This document shows, one piece after another, positions 20,970 to 30,400 of a DNA stretch of 64,000 bases. The stretch's first letter is position 1. Each line of letters opens with the position of its first letter. The notes beneath the pieces are model-generated. The model did no database searches. It was not told where the DNA came from and saw nothing but the letters and a program-made list of their open reading frames with translations. Source of the DNA: Polyangiales bacterium. Its GTDB lineage: Bacteria > Myxococcota_A > Polyangia > Polyangiales > Ga0077539. The stretch covers positions 32,001 through 96,000 of the forward strand of contig JBGARZ010000012.1 of assembly GCA_044229975.1 (NCBI GenBank), read 5' to 3'. The position numbers were made by a program, and so were the translations under genes.

Positions 20970-22022
20970 ATGAGGCGATGGCGCTCCCTTATGGCGAACT
21001 CCATGGCACCCGGCACGGCACCACGACGTCATCTCCCCCTCGCAGAAGAGTCCCTCGGTCGGCCAACGGGGTGGTTCTCCCTCGGGCTCGCGCGCGACCT
21101 CGCGCCGGGCGCCGTGAAGACCGTGCGCTTCTTCGGCCACGAGCTCGTGCTCTTCCGCGGCGAGAGCGGCGACGTCGGCCTGCTCGACGCCCACTGCCCG
21201 CACCTCGGCGCTCACATGGGCCACGGCGGAACAGTCGTCGGCAACACCCTCCGCTGCCCCTTCCACGGCTTCTGCTTCGAAGCCTCCGGGGCGTGCAGCG
21301 AGACCGGATACAAGAAGAAGGTCCCGCCCGGGCTGCGGGCGGGCGCGTGGGAGGTCATCGAGCGTCATGGCGTCCTGCTCGCCTGGCACGACGCCGAGGG
21401 AAAGACGTCGGCGTGGGACGTCCCCGACGTCGACATGGAGGGGTGGTCGCCCTTCCTGCTGCACGAGTGGACGCTCCGCGGGCACCCGCAGGAGACCACC
21501 GAAAACAGCGTCGACCTCGGGCACTTCGCCGCCGTGCACGGCTACGACGACGCGCACGAGACGCAGCCCATGCGCGTCGACGGCCCCACGCTCCGCAGTA
21601 ACTACCGCTTCGCGCGACGCGTCGGCGGCCGGCGCAGCCCCGTCGTGGTGCACGAGGACATCGCCATCGAGGTGCGCGGCCTCGGGTACTCGCGCGTCGA
21701 AGTGCGTGACGTCGCGACCGGCACCCGCATCCGCCTGCTGGTGCTGCCCACCTCCGAGGACGACACCAACATCCGCCTCCGCATCGGGCTCAGCATCCGC
21801 GACTATCCCCGCAACGACGAGGCCCGTCCGTGGCTGCGGCTCGTCCCGGCGACGGTCACGCGACGGCTCGTCGCCCCGCTGTTGTTGAAGGCGTACGCCG
21901 GAGAGGTCTCGCAGGACTTCGCGGTGTGGAAGAACAAGCGCTACGTCGCCCGCCCCGGCCTCGCCGAGGGCGACGGCCCCATCGGACCGTACCGCCGCTG
22001 GGCCCGACAGTTCTACGGCTGA
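20970..22022 (+). CDS. Rieske 2Fe-2S non-heme iron oxygenase (KshA/Neverland-like)
   Basis: CPHLGAH..CPFHG Rieske ligands; ENSVDLGHFAAVH iron motif; C-terminal QD..VW.NK.Y..P.LAEGDGPI..YRRWARQFY; start may be 20991 or 21003. Confidence 0.88.
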   Translation: MRRWRSLMANSMAPGTAPRRHLPLAEESLGRPTGWFSLGLARDLAPGAVKTVRFFGHELVLFRGESGDVGLLDAHCPHLGAHMGHGGTVVGNTLRCPFHGFCFEASGACSETGYKKKVPPGLRAGAWEVIERHGVLLAWHDAEGKTSAWDVPDVDMEGWSPFLLHEWTLRGHPQETTENSVDLGHFAAVHGYDDAHETQPMRVDGPTLRSNYRFARRVGGRRSPVVVHEDIAIEVRGLGYSRVEVRDVATGTRIRLLVLPTSEDDTNIRLRIGLSIRDYPRNDEARPWLRLVPATVTRRLVAPLLLKAYAGEVSQDFAVWKNKRYVARPGLAEGDGPIGPYRRWARQFYG

Positions 22023-22049
22023 CCGCGCGGGCGCGATACGCTCGCGTCC

Positions 22050-23075
22050 ATGACGAACCCGCGCGTCCTGCTGGTGGCCAACCCGACCGCGCAGAGCGGT
22101 CGCAACGCCGAGCGCATCGCCCACGCCCGCGCCCTCCTCGACGGCGCCGGCCTCGCCCACGCCCTGCTCCCCACGCTCCCCGCCGGCGGAACCATCACCG
22201 CCGTCCGCGACGCCCTCCTCGCCGCGCCCCGCTCACTGGTCATCGCCATGGGCGGCGACGGGACCTTCTCCGAAGTCGCCCGCGGCCTCCACGCATCGGG
22301 CCACGCCGAAGACGTCGCGCTCGGCATGCTGCCCACCGGCACGGCCAACGACCAGGGCAAGAGCTTCGGCCTCTCCAGCGATCCCGACGCCCTCGCGCAC
22401 AACGTCGCGGTGCTCGCCGCCGGCCACGAGACGCGCCTCGACGCGGGTCGTCTCACGGCCCTCGACGCGCAGGGCGCCGTCGTCACCGAGGCGCTCTTCT
22501 TCGACAGCGCGGGGTGGGGATTGAGCCCGCGCGTGCTCGCGCTCCGCAACGAAGACCGCCGCGTCATCGAGCAGATGCCCATCGTGCGCGACGTCTTCCG
22601 CGACCACCTCGTGTACGCGGGCGCGCTGCTGCGAACCTTCGCCGAGTCGTACGTCGAGGACGACCGCTTCACGGCGCTGGTGAAGACCGAGACCACGACC
22701 CTCCGCTGGGACGAGCTCAGCGACCTCGTGGTGAAGGGCACGCGCGTCTACGGTGGGATGTGGGTGTTCGACCCGACGTCGAAGCACGATGATGGTCTCT
22801 TCGAGGTGATCCCCTTCGCGGGCAAGCGTGATTGGGTGTCGAAGGGGATGGTTCATCTGGAGACCACCGGGGCGTTGTCGGAGGCGCTGGCGGAGGTGGG
22901 CGTGACGCACAGCGAGGGCGTGCGGGCGCGGTCCATCGAGCTGCGCTTCACGAGCCGCGAGGGCGCGCTCCCGCTCGCGGCGCAGATCGACGGCGAGGAG
23001 TTTCCGGCGACGCCGCGGGTGCGCATCGAGGTGCTGCCGCGGGCGATCCGGCTGGTGGTCCCTGCGGGCGCATGA
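22050..23075 (+). CDS. Diacylglycerol/lipid kinase family (YegS/DAGK-like)
   Basis: NPTAQSG, GGDGTFSEV, LPTGTAND, DDGLFEV, QIDGE motifs. Confidence 0.9.
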   Translation: MTNPRVLLVANPTAQSGRNAERIAHARALLDGAGLAHALLPTLPAGGTITAVRDALLAAPRSLVIAMGGDGTFSEVARGLHASGHAEDVALGMLPTGTANDQGKSFGLSSDPDALAHNVAVLAAGHETRLDAGRLTALDAQGAVVTEALFFDSAGWGLSPRVLALRNEDRRVIEQMPIVRDVFRDHLVYAGALLRTFAESYVEDDRFTALVKTETTTLRWDELSDLVVKGTRVYGGMWVFDPTSKHDDGLFEVIPFAGKRDWVSKGMVHLETTGALSEALAEVGVTHSEGVRARSIELRFTSREGALPLAAQIDGEEFPATPRVRIEVLPRAIRLVVPAGA

Positions 23076-23944
23076 AGGCGCTGCTCGCCGACACGCTGCG
23101 AACGTTTTCCCGCAACGACGGGCGCATGCTGTCGGGGGCGACGGCGTTCTTCGCGCTGGTGAGCGTGGCGCCGATGTTCTTGATCGCGCTGGTGCTGGCG
23201 GGCGCGCTGACGGGCGAGGCGCGGGCGCACGACGAGCTGCTGCGCGGACTGCGACTGTGGGTGGGGCGCGACGCGGCGCGCGCGGTGGGGTCGATGCTCG
23301 ACAACGTCCACCAGAGCCACTCGGGCTCGGAGGTGACGGTGCTGAGCGTGGTGGTGATCGCGTGGGGCGCGACGCGGCTCTTCAGCCACCTGCAACGGGC
23401 GCTCGACCACCTGTGGGGCGTGCGCTTGCGGCAGGGCGCGACGCTCAAGCGCAGCGCCATCGGGCAGGCGCGGCGGCGGCTGGTGTCCTTCGGGCTGGTG
23501 CTGGTGTGCGCGGTGGCGCTGCTGGCGTCGGTGGCATTGCGCACGGCCATCGTCGCGACGGGTCACATGCTCGGGATGGGCACGCGCCTGCACTGGCGGG
23601 TCATCGATCACGTGTTGTCGTTCGTGGTGGTGACGCTGCTGTTCGGGATGGTGTTTCGCGTGCTGCCATCGGTACGCATCCGCTGGCGCCAGGCGGCGGA
23701 GGGTGCGCTGGTGACATCGGCGCTGTTCACCGTGGGGCGTGTGGCGGTCGCGGCGTGGCTGGGTCGCAAGACGCTGGACTCGACCTTCGGCGCGGCGGGC
23801 AGCGTCGTGCTGATCCTGCTCTGGACGTACTACTCGTCGCAGATCTTCTTCCTGGGCGCGGCCTTCATCGCGGCGCGCGCGCGGCACCGCAACGACCCGC
23901 TGCTTCCGGACGACGACGCCGTCGCGATGGGGGAGCTGGAGTAG
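23072..23944 (+). CDS. YihY/BrkB family membrane protein
   Basis: ATGA overlap with upstream gene; AFFALVSVAP, TFGAAGSVVLILLWTYYSSQIFFLGA. Confidence 0.9.
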   Translation: MKALLADTLRTFSRNDGRMLSGATAFFALVSVAPMFLIALVLAGALTGEARAHDELLRGLRLWVGRDAARAVGSMLDNVHQSHSGSEVTVLSVVVIAWGATRLFSHLQRALDHLWGVRLRQGATLKRSAIGQARRRLVSFGLVLVCAVALLASVALRTAIVATGHMLGMGTRLHWRVIDHVLSFVVVTLLFGMVFRVLPSVRIRWRQAAEGALVTSALFTVGRVAVAAWLGRKTLDSTFGAAGSVVLILLWTYYSSQIFFLGAAFIAARARHRNDPLLPDDDAVAMGELE

Positions 23945-24008
23945 TGGTCGTTGGTCGTCGCGTCCGGCTGCCGTGGGCTTTCAATCCGCGGTAGTTGGAC
24001 GCGACGAC

Positions 24009-26279
24009 TCAGTACACGCCGCTGCCGCCGTTGCCCGCGCCTTCGCCGCCCGCGTAGTCGGCGTGCAGCGCGCGGCACGACCAGCCGCTGCCGAGGTACA
24101 GGCACACCGGGATGAGATCCCACCCCTGCGACTGGAACTGCATCAGGTCAGCGCGGCCATCACCATTGAAGTCGCCCACGAGCGGCATGCCCCCGCGAAA
24201 CACCCCGCTCCCGCCGTTGCCGATGGTGCGCTCGGCGCCCGCGAGGTCGGCGGCGAGGTCGCGGCACGACCAGCCCGTCGCCAGCGACAAACACACCGGC
24301 AGCGTCTGACCGCGTGGGTCGTACTGCACCAGGTCGCTGCGTCCGTCGCCGTCGAGGTCGGCCACCACCGCGGTCGCGCCCGCCGCCGCGGGCAGCGTCA
24401 CCGCGAGGCTGCGGCACGACCAACCGGTTCCGAGGGACAGACACACCGGAACCGTCGGCGACCCCGCGCGGTACTGGATGACGTCGCTGCGACCGTCGCC
24501 GTTGAAGTCGCCCACCAGCGGAGTGCTCCCGGCGTAGACGCCGCTGCCCTCGTTGCCCGCGCCTTCGCCGCCCGCGTAGCTCGCCGCGAGGTTGCGGCAC
24601 GACCACCCGCTCGCCAGCGAGAGGCACACCGGGATGCTCTGTCCGACGGCGCTGAACTGGATCACATCCGCGCGGCCGTCGCCGTCGAAGTCGCCCGCCA
24701 ACGGTGTTGATCCGCGGTGGATGCCGCTGCCTTCGTTGCCCGCGCTCTCACCGCCCGTGTGGCTCGCGGCGAGGTTGCGGCACGACCACCCGCTGCCGAG
24801 CGAGAGGCACACCGGTAGCGTCGCCGCCGTGTCGCGGAACTGGATCACGTCGTCGCGATGATCGCCGTTGAAGTCGGCCACGAGCGGAGCGCTGTTGGCG
24901 TAGAGACCGGCACCGTTGGTTCCTTCGCCGAGGCCGCCGGAGTAGCCGGCGACGAGGCCGCGGCACGACCAGCCGCTGCCCAGCGAGAGGCACACCGGGA
25001 GGCGATCGACGTCCGAACGAAACTGGATGACGTCGCTGAGTCCATCGTCGTTGAAGCGACCGATGAGCGCGGTGGCCGCGTCGAGGATGGCCGACCCGTT
25101 GTTGCCGCCCGACCAGTCATCGGCGGCGGTGGCAAGGTTGCGGCACGACCACCCGCTGCCGAGCGAGAGGCACAAGGGGAGGGTCGTGCGGTCGGAGCGA
25201 AACTGCACCAGGTCGCTGCGTCCGTCGCCGTTGAAGTCGGCGACGCGGGCGGCGGTGCAGCGCAGCGCACGCGGCGAGTTGCCGAGCGCGGGCGTCGACC
25301 GACCGTCCGACGCGCGGGCGTAGGCGTAGACACGGTGCTCGCGGCCATCGCGCAGCGAGAGCGGCGTGTCGACGGAGAAGGCGTGCTCGCATGATCCGAC
25401 GGCGGCGCAGAGGTCTTCGCGACGATCGCCCGCGCGCACACGAACGGTGGGCGCGCCCGACCCGGCGGGGCCGTCGAAGTACAGGTCGACGTCGATAGCG
25501 GCCGTGGGGCTGACCGGGTCCTGCGCCCAGCCGCGGATTTCATCGCACTGCGCGGCGTCGAGCGAACCGCGCGGGAGGGCGACGCAGCGATCGGCGCGGC
25601 ACTCGGCGCCACCGCCGCAGTCGGAGCGCGAGCAGTTGCTGTTGACGAGCGTGTTGCCCTCGCAGTGCACGGGGCAGGTCGGCGCGGGAGGTGCCCAGTG
25701 GTTGTCGCGCGCGTGGGCCCACCCCTGCGGGGTCCAACCGCCCCAGCGCGAGCCGATGGTGCTGCCGTTGTAGGGGAGCGAGGAGGTGGCGCCGTTGCCG
25801 ACGTTCTGTTCGAGGATGTCGACGGCACCGGCGCGGACGTTGGTGACCAGCGCGGTGTGCCCGTACTGGCCGGTCTGCCAGACGATGAGGTCGCCGGGGA
25901 CGGGCGGGTGCGCGCCGTCGCCGTTGTAGTAGACGTCGACGCGAGCGCGGGGGGCGTTGTTGAGCAGGTCGCGGGCGTTGCCCCACCAGCGCATGCCCCA
26001 GTGCGTCTGGAAGTGCCGCATCACCAGCTCGACGCACTGATACTGAAGCCCGTAGGCGCCCGATCCGCGGCACGACACGCCGGTTCCGGTGTTGGCGCCG
26101 TTGGAGTAGGAGGTGGTCCCGTCGAAGGAGCCGAGGGGAGTTCCGCAGGCGGGCATGCCGGCGCGGATGGCGTCGGACGCGCTGGGGTTCACCTCCTCGA
26201 CGGACTCATCGTCGGCGCTGCAACTCGTGAGGGCCGTGGCTGCGAGCGCGAGAAGGAGGGCGGAGCGCACCGTGCTCAT
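24009..26279 (-). CDS. Lipoprotein with CHAP peptidoglycan hydrolase domain and seven FG-GAP-like repeats
   Basis: Lipobox LTSC; YQCVE..GNA..GDLIVW..YGHTALV..LEQN (CHAP Cys/His/Glu); 7x DFNGDGRxD repeats. Confidence 0.88.
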   Translation of the reverse strand: MSTVRSALLLALAATALTSCSADDESVEEVNPSASDAIRAGMPACGTPLGSFDGTTSYSNGANTGTGVSCRGSGAYGLQYQCVELVMRHFQTHWGMRWWGNARDLLNNAPRARVDVYYNGDGAHPPVPGDLIVWQTGQYGHTALVTNVRAGAVDILEQNVGNGATSSLPYNGSTIGSRWGGWTPQGWAHARDNHWAPPAPTCPVHCEGNTLVNSNCSRSDCGGGAECRADRCVALPRGSLDAAQCDEIRGWAQDPVSPTAAIDVDLYFDGPAGSGAPTVRVRAGDRREDLCAAVGSCEHAFSVDTPLSLRDGREHRVYAYARASDGRSTPALGNSPRALRCTAARVADFNGDGRSDLVQFRSDRTTLPLCLSLGSGWSCRNLATAADDWSGGNNGSAILDAATALIGRFNDDGLSDVIQFRSDVDRLPVCLSLGSGWSCRGLVAGYSGGLGEGTNGAGLYANSAPLVADFNGDHRDDVIQFRDTAATLPVCLSLGSGWSCRNLAASHTGGESAGNEGSGIHRGSTPLAGDFDGDGRADVIQFSAVGQSIPVCLSLASGWSCRNLAASYAGGEGAGNEGSGVYAGSTPLVGDFNGDGRSDVIQYRAGSPTVPVCLSLGTGWSCRSLAVTLPAAAGATAVVADLDGDGRSDLVQYDPRGQTLPVCLSLATGWSCRDLAADLAGAERTIGNGGSGVFRGGMPLVGDFNGDGRADLMQFQSQGWDLIPVCLYLGSGWSCRALHADYAGGEGAGNGGSGVY

Positions 26280-26310
26280 CAGAAGGAGGTTACGGTCACA
26301 CGCATTCGTA

Positions 26311-26340
26311 ACAAGTTGAAAAGCTGAAACCGTCCCCACC
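26311..26340. repeat. Solo copy of ~30-bp dispersed repeat
   Basis: acaagttgaaaagctgaaaccgtccccacc matches 37864-37893 at 28/30 nt. Confidence 0.8.
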
Positions 26341-26408
26341 CCAGTGGGCGCCCAGTGACCACGGTGGCCCCTCTGTTGACCACCCGCGAGCCCCGTCGAC
26401 CCCTCAGC

Positions 26409-27341
26409 TCACTGGGGCGCGCGGCACAGCGGGATCTCCCCGCACGGTTCGCCCATCGGGCAGCACCCTGAGTAGCGTGCGTTCATCACGCAGCGGCTGT
26501 TGCCCGTGCAGCACACCGGCGTGACCCCGCCCGCGAGGCAGCACGCGCCGTCGTCGCAGCCGTAGTCCATCCCCGTCCCGGGCGTCAGCGCCGACGCCGG
26601 AACCACCTCCCGCACCTGGCTCCGACTCGACCACAGCAGCCGCGCCGACCCCGCGCCCGCGCCGTTGAAATACTCCAGCCGTAGCTCGTACGACCGACCC
26701 GCCGCGAGCTCGATGGTCGCCATCCGCTCCGTCGCCGCGTGCGCCATCCAGTCGTCGATGACGAGCGTGCCGTCGACCCACAGCCGCACCCCGTCGTCCG
26801 TCGACGTGATGAACGTGTACGCCTCCGAGTAGCGCGCCCGCACCGACCCCACCCAGCGCGCCGAGAAGGTCTCGCGCGACACCGGATCGGGTGGCGTCAC
26901 CATCGTCCAGTCGAAGTCGATGGTCGGGTCGACGCGCACGCGACGCAGCGTTCGCAGCCCCGTCGTCGCGTAGTACTCGCCGCGCAACCCCTGGGTGCTC
27001 ACGCCCGCGTCGACGCCACCGTCGCCCGACACGATCACCGACGAACACCGCGCCGCCACGTCGGCACACACCCCGCTGCGGCACACCTGCGTGCGACCGT
27101 CGCAGCGGGCGTTGCAGGCGCCGCAGTGCTCGGGGTTGACCGTGAGGTCGACGCACTGGGTTCCGCAGCGCACCTGCCACACCGAGCAGGCCGCGCAGGT
27201 GCCCGCGTCGGGCGCGACGTCCGTCGCATCGGCCGCATCGACGGACGCGTCGTCCTTGATGAGCGGGTCGGCGGGCGTTCCGATGGTGGCCTCGCAGCCG
27301 AGCGCCCACGACAACAGGAAGAGAGAGGGGAGAGGCTTCAT
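26409..27341 (-). CDS. Lipoprotein with one Cys-rich repeat and PA14 domain
   Basis: MKPL..WALGC lipobox; GLRGEYY..RVDPTIDFDW..FSARWVG..YTF..DDGVRLWVDG..LEYF (PA14); the 945-aa track ORF is over-extended upstream. Confidence 0.88.
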   Translation of the reverse strand: MKPLPSLFLLSWALGCEATIGTPADPLIKDDASVDAADATDVAPDAGTCAACSVWQVRCGTQCVDLTVNPEHCGACNARCDGRTQVCRSGVCADVAARCSSVIVSGDGGVDAGVSTQGLRGEYYATTGLRTLRRVRVDPTIDFDWTMVTPPDPVSRETFSARWVGSVRARYSEAYTFITSTDDGVRLWVDGTLVIDDWMAHAATERMATIELAAGRSYELRLEYFNGAGAGSARLLWSSRSQVREVVPASALTPGTGMDYGCDDGACCLAGGVTPVCCTGNSRCVMNARYSGCCPMGEPCGEIPLCRAPQ

Positions 27342-27412
27342 CCGGTAGGGAGCGACGTTGCCCGCAAGGGGCGTACCGGCGCAACCGCGCCGCGGCCGCC
27401 GCCGTCGGGCGA

Positions 27413-30400
27413 TCAGAGGTCCAGGACGACCACGCCCGGAAACGACGCGTTGCAGGCGACGCTGCCGTCGGTGCGGCCGCGCACGCCGGAGCTGCGGTGC
27501 ACCTCGATGCCGCCGCGAATCACCACGAGCGTCCACGTCGCCCCGGCCACCGCGCTCGAATAGGCCTGCGGGCAGACGTAGTAGCGGCCCGGGGTGAACG
27601 AGCTCGCCCAGAAGATGTTCTCCGGCCCGCGCTGCGTGGTGTCGTCGACGTCGAGCGTGCCCCCGCAGGCGGAGCGGTTGCTCCAGTAGATCTGGGTGCC
27701 GCAGGGCGGCGTCACGTGGAGGTCGAGGTCGCCGATGGTGCTCCACGTCAGCGTGAAGCGCAGCGCCCCCTGGCCGACGCAGACGCCCGCCGCGCAGGCC
27801 TGCCCCGCGGCGCACGCGCGGCCGCAGGAGCCGCAGTTGGTGTTGTCGTTCTGGAGGTCGCGGCACACGCCCGAGCAGATGGTCTGACCCGCCGCGCACG
27901 ACACGCCGCAGACGCCCGCCGCGCACACCTGCCCGGCGCTGCACGCCCGCGCGCAGACGCCGCAGTTGGTGTTGTCGCTCTGGAGGTTGCGGCACACGCC
28001 CGAGCAGTTGGTCTGGCCCGTCGGGCACGACAGCACGCAGGTGCTCCCGGTGCAGATCTGACCCGCCGCGCAGGCGCGCGCGCACGCCCCGCAGTTGTTG
28101 ATGTCCGTGGTGAGGTCGCGGCACACACCCGAGCAGTTGCTCAGCCCCGACGAGCACGTCACCGAGCACACGCCGCTCGCGCACGCCTGACCCGCCGGGC
28201 ACACGCGCGCGCACGCCCCGCAGTTGCTGTTGTCCGTCTGGAGGTTGCGACACACCCCCGAGCAGTTGGTGGTGCCCGTCCCGCACGACACGTTGCACGT
28301 CCCCGCCGAGCACACCTGCCCCGCCGGGCACGCGCGCCCGCACGCGCCGCAGTTGACGTTGTCCGTCTGGAGGTTGCGACACAGCCCCGAGCAGTTGGTG
28401 GTGCCCGTCCCGCACGACACGTTGCACGCCCCGCCCGAGCACACCTGGCCGGCGGCGCAGGACACCCCGCAGGCGCCGCAGTTGACGTTGTCCGTCTGGA
28501 GGTTGCGGCACACCCCCGAGCAGTTGGTGGTGCCCGCGCCGCACGAGACGGTGCACACGCTGGCCGAGCACACCTGCCCCGCCGCGCACGCCCGGCCGCA
28601 GGCGCCGCAGTGGTTGGTGTCGGTGGTGAGGTCGCGGCAGACGCCCGAGCAGTTGGTGGTGCCGCCGCCGCACGAGACGGTGCAGGTGCCGGTCGAGCAG
28701 ACCGTTCCGGCAGCGCACGCGCGGCCGCACGCGCCGCAGTGGCCGTTGTCGCTCTGCAGGTTGCGGCAGGTGCCCGAGCAGTTGGTGGTGCCCGCCCCGC
28801 ACGACACGCTGCACACGCCCGCCGAGCAGAGCTGCCCCGCCGCGCAGGTGCGCCCGCAGGCGCCGCAGTTGGCCTCGTCGGCCGCGAGGTCGCGACACAC
28901 CCCCGAGCAGTTGGTCGTCCCGCCGATGCACACCAGGGTACAGGCCCGCGCGACGCAGAGCTGGCCCGTCGGGCACGCGGCGCCGCAGGCGTTGCAGTGG
29001 CTCGGATCGCTCGTCAGGTCGCGACACACCCCCGAGCAGTTGGTGGTTCCGGCCACGCACGACACGCTGCACACCCCGGCCGAGCAGAGCTGGCCCGCCG
29101 GGCACGCGCGGCCGCACGCCCCGCAATGAGCGTTGTCCGTCTGGAGGTTGCGGCAGGTGCCCGAGCAGTTGGTCTGACCCGTCGCGCAGGTCACCGTGCA
29201 CACGCTCGACGCGCAGATCTGCCCGGCCGGGCAGACGCGCCCGCACATCCCGCAGTTGCGGACGTCACCCGTGAGGTCGCGGCACACCCCCGAGCAGTTG
29301 GTCGTCGCGGCGCCGCACGACACCGTGCACGCCCCGCGCGAGCACACCTGCCCCGACGGGCACGTCACGCCGCACGCGCCGCAATTGGCCCGGTCGGTGT
29401 CGAGCTCGCGGCAGGTGCCGCCGCAGTCCACCTGACCGGCCGGGCACGACACCGTGCACACGCCGCCCACGCAGATCTGACCCGCCCCGCAGGCGTTGCC
29501 GCACGCGCCGCAGTGCAGCCGGTCGGCGTCGAGGTCGCGGCACACGCCCGCGCAGTTGGTGGTGCCCGCGCCGCACGACACGGTGCACGCCCCGGCCGAG
29601 CACACCCGGCCCGACGGGCAGGCCGTCCCGCACGCGCCGCAGTGGTTGAGGTCGGTGGTGAGGTCGCGGCAGACGCCGTCGCAGATGGTCAGGCCCGCCG
29701 TGCACGACACCTCGCAGACGCCGCGGGCGCACACCGTCCCGGCGGGGCAGGCCACCCCGCACGCACCGCAGTTGGCGAGGTCGGTGGTGAGGTCGCGGCA
29801 GGTCCCGGAGCAGTCCGTGGTGCCCTCGACGCAGGAGACCTGGCAGCGACCCGACGAACACACCTGCCCGGCGGCGCAGACCGTCCCGCACGCGCCGCAG
29901 TTGATGCGGTCGGTGTCGAGGTCGCGGCACGAGCCCGCGCAGTCGGTGAGCCCGCCGCCGCAGGTGACGGTGCACGCGCCGCGCGAGCACACCTGCCCGG
30001 ACGGGCAGACGGTGCCGCACGCGCCGCAGTGGTTGGTGTCCGTGGTGAGGTCACGGCAGACGCCCATGCACTCCGTGGTGCCCGCGCTGCACGACACCTG
30101 GCAGCGGCCCATCGCGCACACCTGGCCCGACGGGCACGCGGTGCCGCAGGTGCCGCAGTTGTTGGGGTCGCTGAGGAGGTCGCGGCAGACGCCCGCGCAG
30201 GCCGCCAGGCCGCCGCCGCAGGAGACCTGGCAGCGACCGGCGACGCAGCGCTCGCCGGAGCCGCAGGTGACCCCGCACGCGCCGCAGCCCGCGATGTCGG
30301 TCTGGAGGTCGCGGCAGAAGCCCATGCACTCGGTGAGGCCCGAGCCGCACATGGTCGCGCACGCGCCGCGCACGCAAAACTGCCCGAGCGGACAGACGTT

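Noticed and set aside
26409..29246. 945-aa ORF suggesting a frameshift fusion of the Cys-rich and PA14 genes
   Set aside because: The Cys-rich gene has its own stop at 27413 and the PA14 gene its own ATG and lipobox at 27341
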